Origin: Huintestinicola sp.
GTDB taxonomy: Bacteria; Bacillota; Clostridia; Oscillospirales; Ruminococcaceae
Reading direction: 5' to 3'
DNA length: 64,000 bases
NCBI RefSeq assembly: GCF_051882455.1
Contig: NZ_JBJERV010000014.1
Coordinates: 22,920 to 86,919, forward strand
Positions within the stretch are counted from its first letter, which is position 1, and every line of letters starts with the position of its first letter. The notes below the pieces were generated by a model. The model ran no database searches. It had not been told where the DNA came from and worked only from the letters and a program-made list of their open reading frames with translations. The position numbers and the translations under genes are program-made. Positions 1 to 8,827 of the stretch are shown here, in pieces.

Positions 1-512
1 ACATTTTCACCGAAAACGTGACCGATTTTTAGCTTCTGAGCGTGGTTTGTGATGACCGAGCCGCCGTTCATCTCCGAGCCTGTGCCTACCATTGTCAGCA
101 CGCAGCCTACGGGAATTATTTTGCAGTCGGGTTCTTCAAATTTGATGAAATATTTATCCCAAGGGTCGCCCTGGCAGTATGCCGAAATTGAAACCGCCTT
201 TGAATAGTCGCATACCGAGCCGCCGCCTACCGCAAGGATAAAATCAACGTTATTATCTCTTGCGATCTTGCTGCCCTCGTACAGCTTCTCAACAGTAGGA
301 TTAGGCATAACGCCGCCGTCCTCGATCATCTCCTTGCCGCTGTCAAGGAGTATCTTTACGATCTTATCGTAAAGACCGTTTTTCTTGATGGAACCGCCGC
401 CGTAAACAAGCATTATCTTGTTGTAACCGTTCAAAGCAGAGGATAGATTATCCAGCGAATCCTTGCCAAAATAGAGCTTTGTGGGGTTTGAGTAAACGAA
501 ATTTCCTAACAT
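1..512 (-). CDS. Iron-containing alcohol dehydrogenase (BdhA/YqhD-like), 5' part; runs off the window start
   Basis: Not in the ORF track. Manual minus-strand translation from ATG at 512 gives MLGNFVYSNPTKLYFGK...LVYGGGSIKKNG...GVMPNPT...LAVGGGSVCD...GTGSEMN, which are Fe-ADH motifs. GAAAGGTG RBS upstream. Confidence 0.9.
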   Translation of the reverse strand, partial: MLGNFVYSNPTKLYFGKDSLDNLSSALNGYNKIMLVYGGGSIKKNGLYDKIVKILLDSGKEMIEDGGVMPNPTVEKLYEGSKIARDNNVDFILAVGGGSVCDYSKAVSISAYCQGDPWDKYFIKFEEPDCKIIPVGCVLTMVGTGSEMNGGSVITNHAQKLKIGHVFGEN

Positions 513-527
513 AAATATCACCTTTCC

Positions 528-1001
528 TTATACATTAAGCTCAGCGACCCATTTGCAAAGGTCGTTATCGGACGCACGGTTTATTACCCTGCCGCTTTTC
601 CAATTTGCAGAACATATCTTGTGAAGCACTTCCTCGGTTTTTCCCATGCCGCTTCCGCCCGAGGTCGCAAAGGGGATAACTGTTTTACCCGAGAAATCAT
701 AGCTTTCAAGAAACGTGTCAATGATCGTGGGAGCAACATACCACCAAATAGGAAATCCCACGAACACAACATCATAATCCGCCATATTGTCAAGCTTTTC
801 TGCAATTTCGGGACGTGAATCGGGCGAACTCATTTCAATGCTGCTGCGGCTCTTTTTGTTTGTCCAGTCAAGGTCTGCTTTTGAATAAGGCTGTGCAGGC
901 TTTATCTCAAACAGGTCGGCTCCCGATGCCTTTGCCAGCTTTTGGGCAGCCGATTTTGTTACTCCGCTTGCCGAAAAAAATGCAACTAATTTTCTACTCA
1001 T
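528..1001 (-). CDS. Flavodoxin (Flavodoxin_4 type)
   Basis: FMN-binding motifs FFSASGVT, GFPIWW and FATSGGSG. Confidence 0.9.
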   Translation of the reverse strand: MSRKLVAFFSASGVTKSAAQKLAKASGADLFEIKPAQPYSKADLDWTNKKSRSSIEMSSPDSRPEIAEKLDNMADYDVVFVGFPIWWYVAPTIIDTFLESYDFSGKTVIPFATSGGSGMGKTEEVLHKICSANWKSGRVINRASDNDLCKWVAELNV

Positions 1002-1048
1002 AACAATACCTCCGATTTAATTTTGTTGTAAAAATATCACCTGAGTAT

Positions 1049-1116
1049 ATTATACATTGTCGGGATATATTTTGCAAATGCTTATATTTTATGCCGAATT
1101 ATGCTTTAAAGGCATA
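1049..1116 (-). promoter_or_regulatory. sigma-A promoter of flavodoxin/ADH with an upstream LysR-type box
   Basis: Minus strand TTGCAA (1072-1077), 17 bp, TATAAT (1049-1054); dyad TATGC-N7-GCATA at 1100-1116. Confidence 0.65.
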
Positions 1117-1184
1117 TCTGCGCAAGAGAGATGTTGCAAAAGCGAAAAAAGTATGTTATACTGAATAAAATGGAGGCGGATAAA

Positions 1185-2072
1185 ATGGAACTTCGGGTAT
1201 TAAATTACTTTCTTATGGCGGCAAGAGAGGAAAATATCACTAAAGCGGCGCAGCTTCTGCACGTTACTCAGCCTACGCTGTCACGTCAGCTGATGCAGCT
1301 GGAGGACGAGCTTGGAGTAAAGCTGTTCAGGCGGAGCAATCATCGGATAGTGCTGACCGACGAAGGTATGCTCCTCAAACGCAGGGCGCAGGAAATGATA
1401 GACCTTGCGGAAAAGACAAGGCTTGATTTTATGAGGTCCGAGCAGCTAAGCGGCGAAATTGCAATAGGAAGCGGCGAGCTTATCAGCTTTTCCTCTCTCA
1501 CCGAAATAATGTCAGGTTTTCAGCAGAAAAATCCCTTGGTGAAATACAGGATATTCAGCGCAAACGCCGACAGCATAAAGGATAGGCTTGAAAAGGGACT
1601 TCTCGATCTGGGACTGCTTTGCGAGCCTGTGGACATAGGAAAATACGAATTTATCCGTATGGCTGTAAAGGAGGAATGGGGCGTTCTTGTTCGCTGTGAT
1701 GATGAGCTGGCGGGGCGGGAATACGTAACGCCACAGGACCTTATCAACAGACGGCTATTTGTTTCGGAGAGAGCGTTGGTACGGAATGAGTTTTTGGCGT
1801 GGTTCGGAAAAAATGCCGACAGCCTTGATATTGCCGCTACATATAATCTTCTGTACAATGTTGCCGTAATGGTACAGCATAAAATGGGGATAGCTCTTTG
1901 TATCCGTCTTGAAGCGAAATACGACGGTCTGTGCTTTGTCCCGATGAAGCCACAGCTTAATATAGGCTCTGTTATGGTATGGAAGAAAAATCAGATAGTA
2001 TCTCCGCTGATAAATGCTTTTATAGATTTTGCGGAGGAATACCTTTTAAGCATATCTAAAGATACAATATAA
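1185..2072 (+). CDS. LysR-family transcriptional regulator
   Basis: MELRVLNYF...NITKAAQLLHVTQPTLSRQLMQLE HTH; GGAGG RBS before ATG 1185. Confidence 0.95.
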   Translation: MELRVLNYFLMAAREENITKAAQLLHVTQPTLSRQLMQLEDELGVKLFRRSNHRIVLTDEGMLLKRRAQEMIDLAEKTRLDFMRSEQLSGEIAIGSGELISFSSLTEIMSGFQQKNPLVKYRIFSANADSIKDRLEKGLLDLGLLCEPVDIGKYEFIRMAVKEEWGVLVRCDDELAGREYVTPQDLINRRLFVSERALVRNEFLAWFGKNADSLDIAATYNLLYNVAVMVQHKMGIALCIRLEAKYDGLCFVPMKPQLNIGSVMVWKKNQIVSPLINAFIDFAEEYLLSISKDTI

Positions 2073-2105
2073 GTATTTTACATTTCTGATGATCGGATAT
2101 ATAAT
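2038..2105 (+). promoter_or_regulatory. Promoter of the CMD-cupin operon, with a LysR-type box inside the lysR 3' end
   Basis: TTTACA (2077-2082), 17 bp, TATAAT (2100-2105); AATACCTTTTAAGCATA at 2038-2054 resembles the 1100-1116 box. Confidence 0.55.
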
Positions 2106-2107
2106 AT

Positions 2108-2141
2108 AGGCATAGTCAAAACGGCTATGCCTGATTTTTTT
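2108..2141 (+). terminator. Intrinsic terminator after lysR
   Basis: AGGCATAGTC/GGCTATGCCT stem followed by GA-T7. Confidence 0.6.
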
Positions 2142-2154
2142 GGAGGTGTTTAAT

Positions 2155-2904
2155 ATGATAAAACAAACAGCAGGCAGAGATAGTCTGGGAGATTTTGCTC
2201 CCGAATTTGCAAGACTTAACGATGATGTTCTGTTCGGAGAAATATGGTCAAGAGAAGATAAGCTGAGCCTTAAATTCAGGAGTATTGTAACGGTTTCTGC
2301 GCTTATCGGAAAGGGTATTGTGGATAATTCCCTTGAGTATCACCTTGCTTCTGCAAAAAAGAACGGAGTTACCCGTGATGAAATGGCGGAGATACTGACA
2401 CATATTGCATTTTATGCAGGCTGGCCCAATGCCTGGGCGGCATTCAAAATGGCAAAAGAGGTATATAAGGACGAACAGGCTGCCGATGAACACGGCGGAT
2501 TTTTCGGACAGGGCGAGTTCAACTTCGAATATGCGAAATATTTCACAGGAAAATCATACTTAAAGCCGCTGACCGACCCAAAGGAAACGGTGTTTATTGC
2601 AAATGTGACCTTTGAGCCCAAATGCCGCAACAACTGGCATATCCACAACGCCGAAAAAGGCGGCGGTCAGATACTTATCTGCGTTGACGGTGAGGGTATA
2701 TATCAGGAATGGGACAAGCCTGCACGTCATCTTAAAGCAGGCGAGGTTGTCACTATTCCTGCAGGCGTAAAGCATTGGCACGGAGCTGCGGCAAACAGCT
2801 GGTTTTCTCATCTTGCGGTTGAAGTTCCCGGAGATAATTCAAAAACCGAATGGCTGGAGCCTGTGGACGAGAATCAGTACAAAAATGCCGGAGAGGTATC
2901 GTAA
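2155..2904 (+). CDS. Carboxymuconolactone decarboxylase-family / cupin fusion protein
   Basis: N-terminal LNDDVLFGEIWSR...HIAFYAGWPNAW; C-terminal cupin CRNNWHIH...GGQILIC...IPAGVKHWHGA. Confidence 0.85.
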   Translation: MIKQTAGRDSLGDFAPEFARLNDDVLFGEIWSREDKLSLKFRSIVTVSALIGKGIVDNSLEYHLASAKKNGVTRDEMAEILTHIAFYAGWPNAWAAFKMAKEVYKDEQAADEHGGFFGQGEFNFEYAKYFTGKSYLKPLTDPKETVFIANVTFEPKCRNNWHIHNAEKGGGQILICVDGEGIYQEWDKPARHLKAGEVVTIPAGVKHWHGAAANSWFSHLAVEVPGDNSKTEWLEPVDENQYKNAGEVS

Positions 2905-3221
2905 TGACCAGAGAAGAAGTGCTGCGCCGATACAAAATTCCTGCTCAGATACTTGATGAATATGAGCCGCAGGGACAGGAGTATGACGACAGCGACATTG
3001 AACGAATAAGCACAATAATGACCTTGAGGGACATTGGTTTTGAGCGAGAGGATATCAAGGTGTATATGCTTTTAGAACAGACAGGAGTATCGACTGTAAA
3101 GGAACGCCTTAAGATCCTTGAAGTTAAACGCAGCGCCATACTTGAGGAAATGCATAAAAAGGAAAAGAAGCTTGAATGTCTGGATTATCTTAGGTATAAG
3201 CTAAAAAAATCAAAGGAGTGA
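2904..3221 (+). CDS. MerR-family regulator (short)
   Basis: YDDSDIERISTIMTLRDIGF plus C-terminal coiled coil ending CLDYLRY; start overlaps the upstream stop (TAATG). Confidence 0.75.
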   Translation: MTREEVLRRYKIPAQILDEYEPQGQEYDDSDIERISTIMTLRDIGFEREDIKVYMLLEQTGVSTVKERLKILEVKRSAILEEMHKKEKKLECLDYLRYKLKKSKE

Positions 3222-3226
3222 TCACT

Positions 3227-3934
3227 ATGAAAAAGATATTTAATTTCATATTTGCTGCAATTGCTGCGGTATCAATGACCGCCTGTGCAAATAATGAAGC
3301 GCCGTCCGGAGCGAATATACCGACAAGTGAAAATTTTGCTGTATCGCTGTCAGAAAGCACAAAATCGACCGAAGAAACAGTGCCCGAAACAGAAAGTGCT
3401 GTCATATCCGAAGAAACCGCAGCGGAAACGACCGAAGATACACAGGAGGACGAAAGCAATGCTGCATTGATCGTTTATTTCTCTTGGTCGGGTAATACGG
3501 AAGCCGTTGCAAACGAGATAGCTGCTCAGACTGGTGCGGACATTTTTGAGCTTATACCCGAAACGCCATATACCGACGATTATGACGAGCTGCTGGATAT
3601 TGCGCAAAATGAACAAAGCAGCGGAGCACGTCCTCTAATATCGGGCAGTGTTGACCTATCGGATCATGACACGATCTTTATCGGTTATCCCAACTGGTGG
3701 GCTGATATGCCTATGATAGTATATACCTTCTTTGATGAATACGACCTGTCGGGCAAAACTATTGCTCCCTTCTGCACCAGCGGAGGCAGCGGTTTTTCGG
3801 GAACTCTGCGCACCATAGCAGAGCTTGAACCCGATGCAGAAATAACCGAGGGGCTGCATATCAGCAGTTCGTCTGCCGGAAACTCATCAGATGATGTTTC
3901 AAAGTGGCTGTCGGAAACGGGACTTTTGAACTGA
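3227..3934 (+). CDS. Lipoprotein flavodoxin
   Basis: Signal peptide with SMTAC lipobox, acidic Thr/Glu linker, then YFSWSGNT, GYPNWW and FCTSGGSG. Confidence 0.85.
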   Translation: MKKIFNFIFAAIAAVSMTACANNEAPSGANIPTSENFAVSLSESTKSTEETVPETESAVISEETAAETTEDTQEDESNAALIVYFSWSGNTEAVANEIAAQTGADIFELIPETPYTDDYDELLDIAQNEQSSGARPLISGSVDLSDHDTIFIGYPNWWADMPMIVYTFFDEYDLSGKTIAPFCTSGGSGFSGTLRTIAELEPDAEITEGLHISSSSAGNSSDDVSKWLSETGLLN

Positions 3935-3947
3935 GGCGGCGTGCAGT

Positions 3948-4316
3948 ATGAGAAAGCTTATCTCAGTAGGCTCATATTGGGGCTTTGCCCTGATGAGCCT
4001 GCATTTAGGACTTCACAGCGAGTTTTTCACAATGATAGTAAAAAAGAAGTCGGAGCATTATCCGTTAAAATACATACTGACCGTTATTACAGCATTGACA
4101 GCTCTGTATGGAGCAGTGGTTTTTATCAAACGTCATTTTCTCACATATATGTTCTTGCGCTCGGAATTTGTTTTCCTTGATTATAACGAATCGGCAGTAT
4201 TATTTTATGCTGACCACATTGCACTAATGGTGTTATTTGTTTACATCGGTTATCTGATTTCGGGTGCTTTCAAACATTCTGCTGAGAGATTGGAACGAAA
4301 AGCAGAGAATGACTAA
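3948..4316 (+). pseudogene. DUF4405-like membrane protein, apparently lacking its N-terminal half
   Basis: SYWGFALMSLHLGLH and FVFLDYNES motifs, which I recall lying mid-protein in this family, start at residue 9. Confidence 0.55.
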
Positions 4317-4358
4317 TTGTTGCACGCCCCTTTTGTTGTTTTTATAAAAATGCCCACA

Positions 4359-5381
4359 TCAACCCGTCGTACTTCTACGGAAAATAACAGGCGTGATAAC
4401 CTTATGGACAGGCGCTTCAAGAAGTGTCGGCTTCCGCTTTTTTCTCTCGTTTATCTGCATCATCAGCAGCTCCATTGCTTCATTTGCCATTGCATCTATC
4501 TGCTGACCGACTGTGCTTATGGGGACAACAGCCTCCCTTGAAATAGAAGAATTGTCAAATCCCACTATCTTATAATCTTCGGGCAGCCTGCCGTATTTTC
4601 TGATAATTGCATTAAGAAGTATATTTGCGTGGGTGTCGTTTGACATAAAAATACCCTTGCATTTTCCGCTGTATTTTTTATCTATATTTTCAACCAAACC
4701 TTCAATAACAGCGGAGGTCGCGGAGTAGCTGTTTCCCATATCCGTCAGAATAAGCTCGTGGGGGATATTCTGTTCCTTGCATATATCGCAGAAGCCTGTT
4801 ATTCTGCCATAAGCGGGGACGTCCTTTGAAACGTCCGAATTTATATGGATAAGCACATCACATCCGCTTTTTACAAGCAGACCCGCTGCCTGCACACCGC
4901 CCATATAGTTGTCCGTGTTTACGCTGCAAACATACTTGTCCTCACGTTCTACAGTTACTATCGGCACATTATAGGTCGCAAGCTCCTCCGAGGGAATGGT
5001 GTGGCTGAGAATTATCATTCCTTCAATTTTGTAGGCAAGCAGCTCCGCAATGTATTTCCGCTCGGTGTCCTTGTTTTCGTTGCCTGCAAAGACGAGAAAT
5101 TTATAGCCGTATTTATCGTATGTGGCAAGTATTTTATCCAGCATTTCCGAATAATAATGCAAAAACAGATTAGGCACGATAATGCCGATAAACTCGGTCT
5201 TTCCGTTTGCAAGAATACGGGCGACCTTGTTTTCCTTGTAATCAAGGGCAACAAGAGCATTGGCTATCTTCTGCTGATTTTCAAGGGTCAGCGAGTCGGG
5301 GTCGTTGAAATATCTTGATATTGTAGTCTTTGAAAATCCCGTATATTCTGCTATATCATTAAAAGTCACATTCTTTTTCAT
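4359..5381 (-). CDS. LacI-family repressor
   Basis: VTFNDIAEYTGFSKTTISRY HTH and IVGFDN; divergent from the sugar operon. Confidence 0.95.
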   Translation of the reverse strand: MKKNVTFNDIAEYTGFSKTTISRYFNDPDSLTLENQQKIANALVALDYKENKVARILANGKTEFIGIIVPNLFLHYYSEMLDKILATYDKYGYKFLVFAGNENKDTERKYIAELLAYKIEGMIILSHTIPSEELATYNVPIVTVEREDKYVCSVNTDNYMGGVQAAGLLVKSGCDVLIHINSDVSKDVPAYGRITGFCDICKEQNIPHELILTDMGNSYSATSAVIEGLVENIDKKYSGKCKGIFMSNDTHANILLNAIIRKYGRLPEDYKIVGFDNSSISREAVVPISTVGQQIDAMANEAMELLMMQINERKKRKPTLLEAPVHKVITPVIFRRSTTG

Positions 5382-5434
5382 ACAAAAGCCTCCTTGATAT
5401 TATCATATCACAAAAATCCCGTAATTTCAATAGT

Positions 5435-5585
5435 GTAACCGGTAAAGTAACCGGTTTTGTGAAATGCGTACAAAACAGAAAAATATATTTGAACATTTTT
5501 AATGAAGATGAAAAAAAGCTATTGACATATTGGGATATTCGGGTTATACTGTAAACACAAAGTAACCGGTTACTTTACCGGTTAC
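5435..5585. promoter_or_regulatory. LacI-type operators flanking the sugar-operon promoter
   Basis: Perfect palindrome AAAGTAACCGGTTACTTT at 5559-5576; the 22-mer at 5435-5456 is the reverse complement of 5564-5585; promoter TTGACA (5522), 17 bp, TATACT (5545). Confidence 0.8.
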
Positions 5586-5596
5586 GAAAACGAGAT

Positions 5597-5757
5597 ATAC
5601 TAATTCTAAACCGTTCTATAGACAAGGACGGCAGATAGAATTTTGTCAATCAAGGAAAGCGACCGCAGCAATGCTTGATGCCTTGCAAGGGAGCTTGACG
5701 CAGAGTGACGAAATTATAGCTGTCGTATCTGTCTATAGGTTGGTTTAGAATTAGTAT
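5597..5757 (+). repeat. 161-bp long-hairpin element (MITE/REP-like or structured RNA, possibly Clostridiales-1-type)
   Basis: 16-bp perfect terminal inverted repeat ATACTAATTCTAAACC with nested inner stems (CTATAGACA/TGTCTATAG; AATTTTGTCA/TGACGAAATT). Confidence 0.75.
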
Positions 5758-5780
5758 TAAATGACGAAAGGAGCAGGAGT

Positions 5781-7115
5781 ATGAAGAAAGCAATATTAGC
5801 GGGGATTTCCGCATTGCTGCTTGCAGGGTGCCTTTCGGGCTGCGGCAAAAGCGAAATTCAGCCCGGAGATGTCACAGGCTTTGACGAGGGCGAGATACTT
5901 GTAAGCATGTGGGTGCATACGATCGAGGATACTCCCGAAGGCGAGGCATATAAAAAATCAGTCCAGAGCTTTAACGAAAATTTCAACGGAAAGTATTTCG
6001 CAAACGTGGAGTTTATCCCGAGAAATGACAGCGGCGGAGGTTATTCCGATAAGATAAACGCTTCCGTTATGTCGGGCGATCTTCCCGATGTTATCACAGT
6101 GGACGGTCCCAACGTTTCCGCATACGCCGCAAACGGAATTATTCAGCCCCTTTCGGAGCTTTCCGAAGATGAGAAAAGCCGCTATCTTGATTCCATAATC
6201 GAGCAGGGAACGGTAAACGGCAAACTCTATGCTTTGGGCGCTATGGAATCAAGCGTGGGACTGTATTACAACAAAGCAATTCTTGCCGAAGCAGGAATTG
6301 AAATACCCACACCTGATGATCCTTGGACGTGGACGGAATTTTCCGAGATACTTGAAAAGCTGAAGCCGATCATGGCAGAGAAAAACGGCTATCCTCTTGA
6401 TATGACCTTCCCTGTTGGTGAGGCAAGCATTTACTATTACGCTCCCTTTGTATGGTCGGGCGGCACAGACCTTGTAAGTGACAGCGGACTTGAGGTAAGC
6501 GGTTACTTTAATTCCGAGCCTGTTGCAAATGCGATGCAGTATTTCCGCAGCATGGTCGAAAACAAATTTATGTCTGCCGCACCAATTGAAAAACTTTTTG
6601 AAAGCGGCAGAGCGGCATTCAAATTCGACGGTGCGTGGGAGGTAAATACAATTTATCAGAGTTATCCCGACATTGACCTTGGCGTTGCACCTTATGTTGT
6701 AAGCGACAGTTGGGACGGCGGAAGATACACTCCCACAGGCTCATGGGCATATGCGGCAACCTCAAAGGCGAAGAACATCGAAGCTGCCACAGAGCTTGTA
6801 AAGTGGATGAGCAATGAGGAAAGCGGACTTCTTCTCTACGAGCTTACAAAGAGCCTGCCCTCGACTTATGGAGCATACGACAAGATAGACGTTTTCACCG
6901 AGGACGAGAATTACCGTCATCTTTATGAGCAGCTCAGAGATTACGGACACCCCCGTCCCAAGACACCTGTTTATCCGCAGGTGAGCACCTCTTTCCAGCA
7001 GGCACTTGAGGGCATTGCGCTCAGCGGCAAGGACGCACAGAGCGAACTGGATAAATCTACAGAAAGGATAAACGCTAAGCTGGAGCGTTATAAACGAGAA
7101 AATGAAAACCAATAA
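5781..7115 (+). CDS. Sugar ABC transporter substrate-binding lipoprotein
   Basis: LSGC lipobox; GDLPDVITVD, LYYNKAIL and FESGRAAF motifs. Confidence 0.92.
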   Translation: MKKAILAGISALLLAGCLSGCGKSEIQPGDVTGFDEGEILVSMWVHTIEDTPEGEAYKKSVQSFNENFNGKYFANVEFIPRNDSGGGYSDKINASVMSGDLPDVITVDGPNVSAYAANGIIQPLSELSEDEKSRYLDSIIEQGTVNGKLYALGAMESSVGLYYNKAILAEAGIEIPTPDDPWTWTEFSEILEKLKPIMAEKNGYPLDMTFPVGEASIYYYAPFVWSGGTDLVSDSGLEVSGYFNSEPVANAMQYFRSMVENKFMSAAPIEKLFESGRAAFKFDGAWEVNTIYQSYPDIDLGVAPYVVSDSWDGGRYTPTGSWAYAATSKAKNIEAATELVKWMSNEESGLLLYELTKSLPSTYGAYDKIDVFTEDENYRHLYEQLRDYGHPRPKTPVYPQVSTSFQQALEGIALSGKDAQSELDKSTERINAKLERYKRENENQ

Positions 7116-7992
7116 GATAAATTCAATAATGGGTATGGCGTTTTTCGGTCCTGCACTTGTTTTGCTGACGCTGTTTCTGTTCCTGCCCATGCTTTTAACG
7201 GTGATATTCAGCTTTACAGATTTCTTTGCACTTAACCCCGATCTTACACATTTTGTGGGACTGAAGAATTATTCGGACATCTTCAAAGACGAGCTTTTCA
7301 CAACGGCATTCTTCAACACGGTCAAATTCGTTCTGATAATCGTTCCTGCACAGACCCTTGGCGCACTTGGACTTGCACTTCTTATCAACAAGGCGACCGT
7401 CTGCAAGAAATATTTCAAGGTAGCGTTTTTCATTCCCGTTGTAATGTCCCTTGCGGTAGTTTCAAATCTCTGGATGCAGATATACAGCCCCGAGGGAATA
7501 CTGAACACAATGCTTGCACAGATAGGCATTGAAGCACAGCCCTTTATTTACAGCGCAGAACAGGCACTCCCGTCAATCGCAATAATGAGCGTATGGCAGG
7601 GCGTAGGCTATCAGATGATAATCTTTTTAGGCGGCTTGCAGGCAATAAATCCTGCTTTGTATGAAGCTGCGGAAATGGATCACGCAAGTGCTTGGCAGCA
7701 GTTCAAGGACATCACCTTACCCGAACTTAAACCCCTTTGCGTTTTCGTTTTCATCACCGTTACAATAGGTGCATTCCGAATGATAGTGCAGCCTATGGTA
7801 ATGACGGGCGGCGGTCCTTCACATTCCACATACACCCTTGTTTACGACATTTACGAAACGGGTACGGTAAACTGGGAGATAGGACTTGCTTCGGCAATGG
7901 CTGTTATCTTTGTGATTTTTGTTATCATTCTAACGATTATCCAATCCGTTCTGACAAAGGATAAGGAGGCGAAGAGCAATGCGAAAAAATAG
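7102..7992 (+). CDS. Sugar ABC transporter permease (MalF/UgpA type)
   Basis: EAA loop LYEAAEMDHASAWQQF and multiple TM segments. Confidence 0.92.
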   Translation: MKTNKINSIMGMAFFGPALVLLTLFLFLPMLLTVIFSFTDFFALNPDLTHFVGLKNYSDIFKDELFTTAFFNTVKFVLIIVPAQTLGALGLALLINKATVCKKYFKVAFFIPVVMSLAVVSNLWMQIYSPEGILNTMLAQIGIEAQPFIYSAEQALPSIAIMSVWQGVGYQMIIFLGGLQAINPALYEAAEMDHASAWQQFKDITLPELKPLCVFVFITVTIGAFRMIVQPMVMTGGGPSHSTYTLVYDIYETGTVNWEIGLASAMAVIFVIFVIILTIIQSVLTKDKEAKSNAKK

Positions 7993-8824
7993 TATCCCGA
8001 GAATAATTCTCACAGTAGTTTTGTTTGTAATGTCCCTGTTCTTCCTTTTTCCCATAATATGGATGCTTGCAAATTCCTTCAAAACTGACGCATCAATTAC
8101 GGCGGATATGAACTCTTTGAGAGCCTTTATTCCTCCTGCGCTGAACGGCAGCTTTTTTGAAAATTATGTTACCGTTATAAAGAACACCGATTTTATCCGA
8201 TATATGCTCAACACCCTGTTCTATGCGGCGATACTTATTGTTGCAGGCGTTATTGTAAACGGACTTGCAGGCTATGCTCTTGCAAAGATAAAATTCCCGT
8301 TCAGGGAACGCTGGGTGCTTATCATTATGATGCTGATGATAGTCCCCTCGGAAACCATTATCACAATAAACTTCCTGTTTGTTGCAAAGATGGGACTGCT
8401 CAATACGGTTTTCGGCTACATACTTCCTATGATAGTAAACCCCTTTAATATCTTCCTGTTCCGTCAGGTGTTTGTAAGCCTGCCAGATGATGTGTGGGAG
8501 GCTGCGCAGCTTGACTATTGCAGTCCCGTGAAATACTTCTTTACAATGGTGCTGCCAATGTCAAAAACAGTCGTGGCAACGGTAAGCGTATTCACATTCC
8601 TCGGTGTATGGAATGACTACCTCTGGCCCTCGCTGGTATTCACATCAAGCGACCTTTTAACGGCGCAGATAGGTCTTAACTCCATCACATCAAACGACAA
8701 CACAACAATGGGACAGACTCTTGCAGTTATCACAATGATAACTATCCCCGTTATCATCATTTACGCTCTTTTCTCCAAGCAGATCGTCGAGGGCGTTGTA
8801 TCAACAGGTTCCAAGGAGGGCTAA
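7979..8824 (+). CDS. Sugar ABC transporter permease (MalG/UgpE type)
   Basis: LPDDVWEAAQLD and WNDYLWP. Confidence 0.92.
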   Translation: MRKNSIPRIILTVVLFVMSLFFLFPIIWMLANSFKTDASITADMNSLRAFIPPALNGSFFENYVTVIKNTDFIRYMLNTLFYAAILIVAGVIVNGLAGYALAKIKFPFRERWVLIIMMLMIVPSETIITINFLFVAKMGLLNTVFGYILPMIVNPFNIFLFRQVFVSLPDDVWEAAQLDYCSPVKYFFTMVLPMSKTVVATVSVFTFLGVWNDYLWPSLVFTSSDLLTAQIGLNSITSNDNTTMGQTLAVITMITIPVIIIYALFSKQIVEGVVSTGSKEG

Positions 8825-8827
8825 AAT

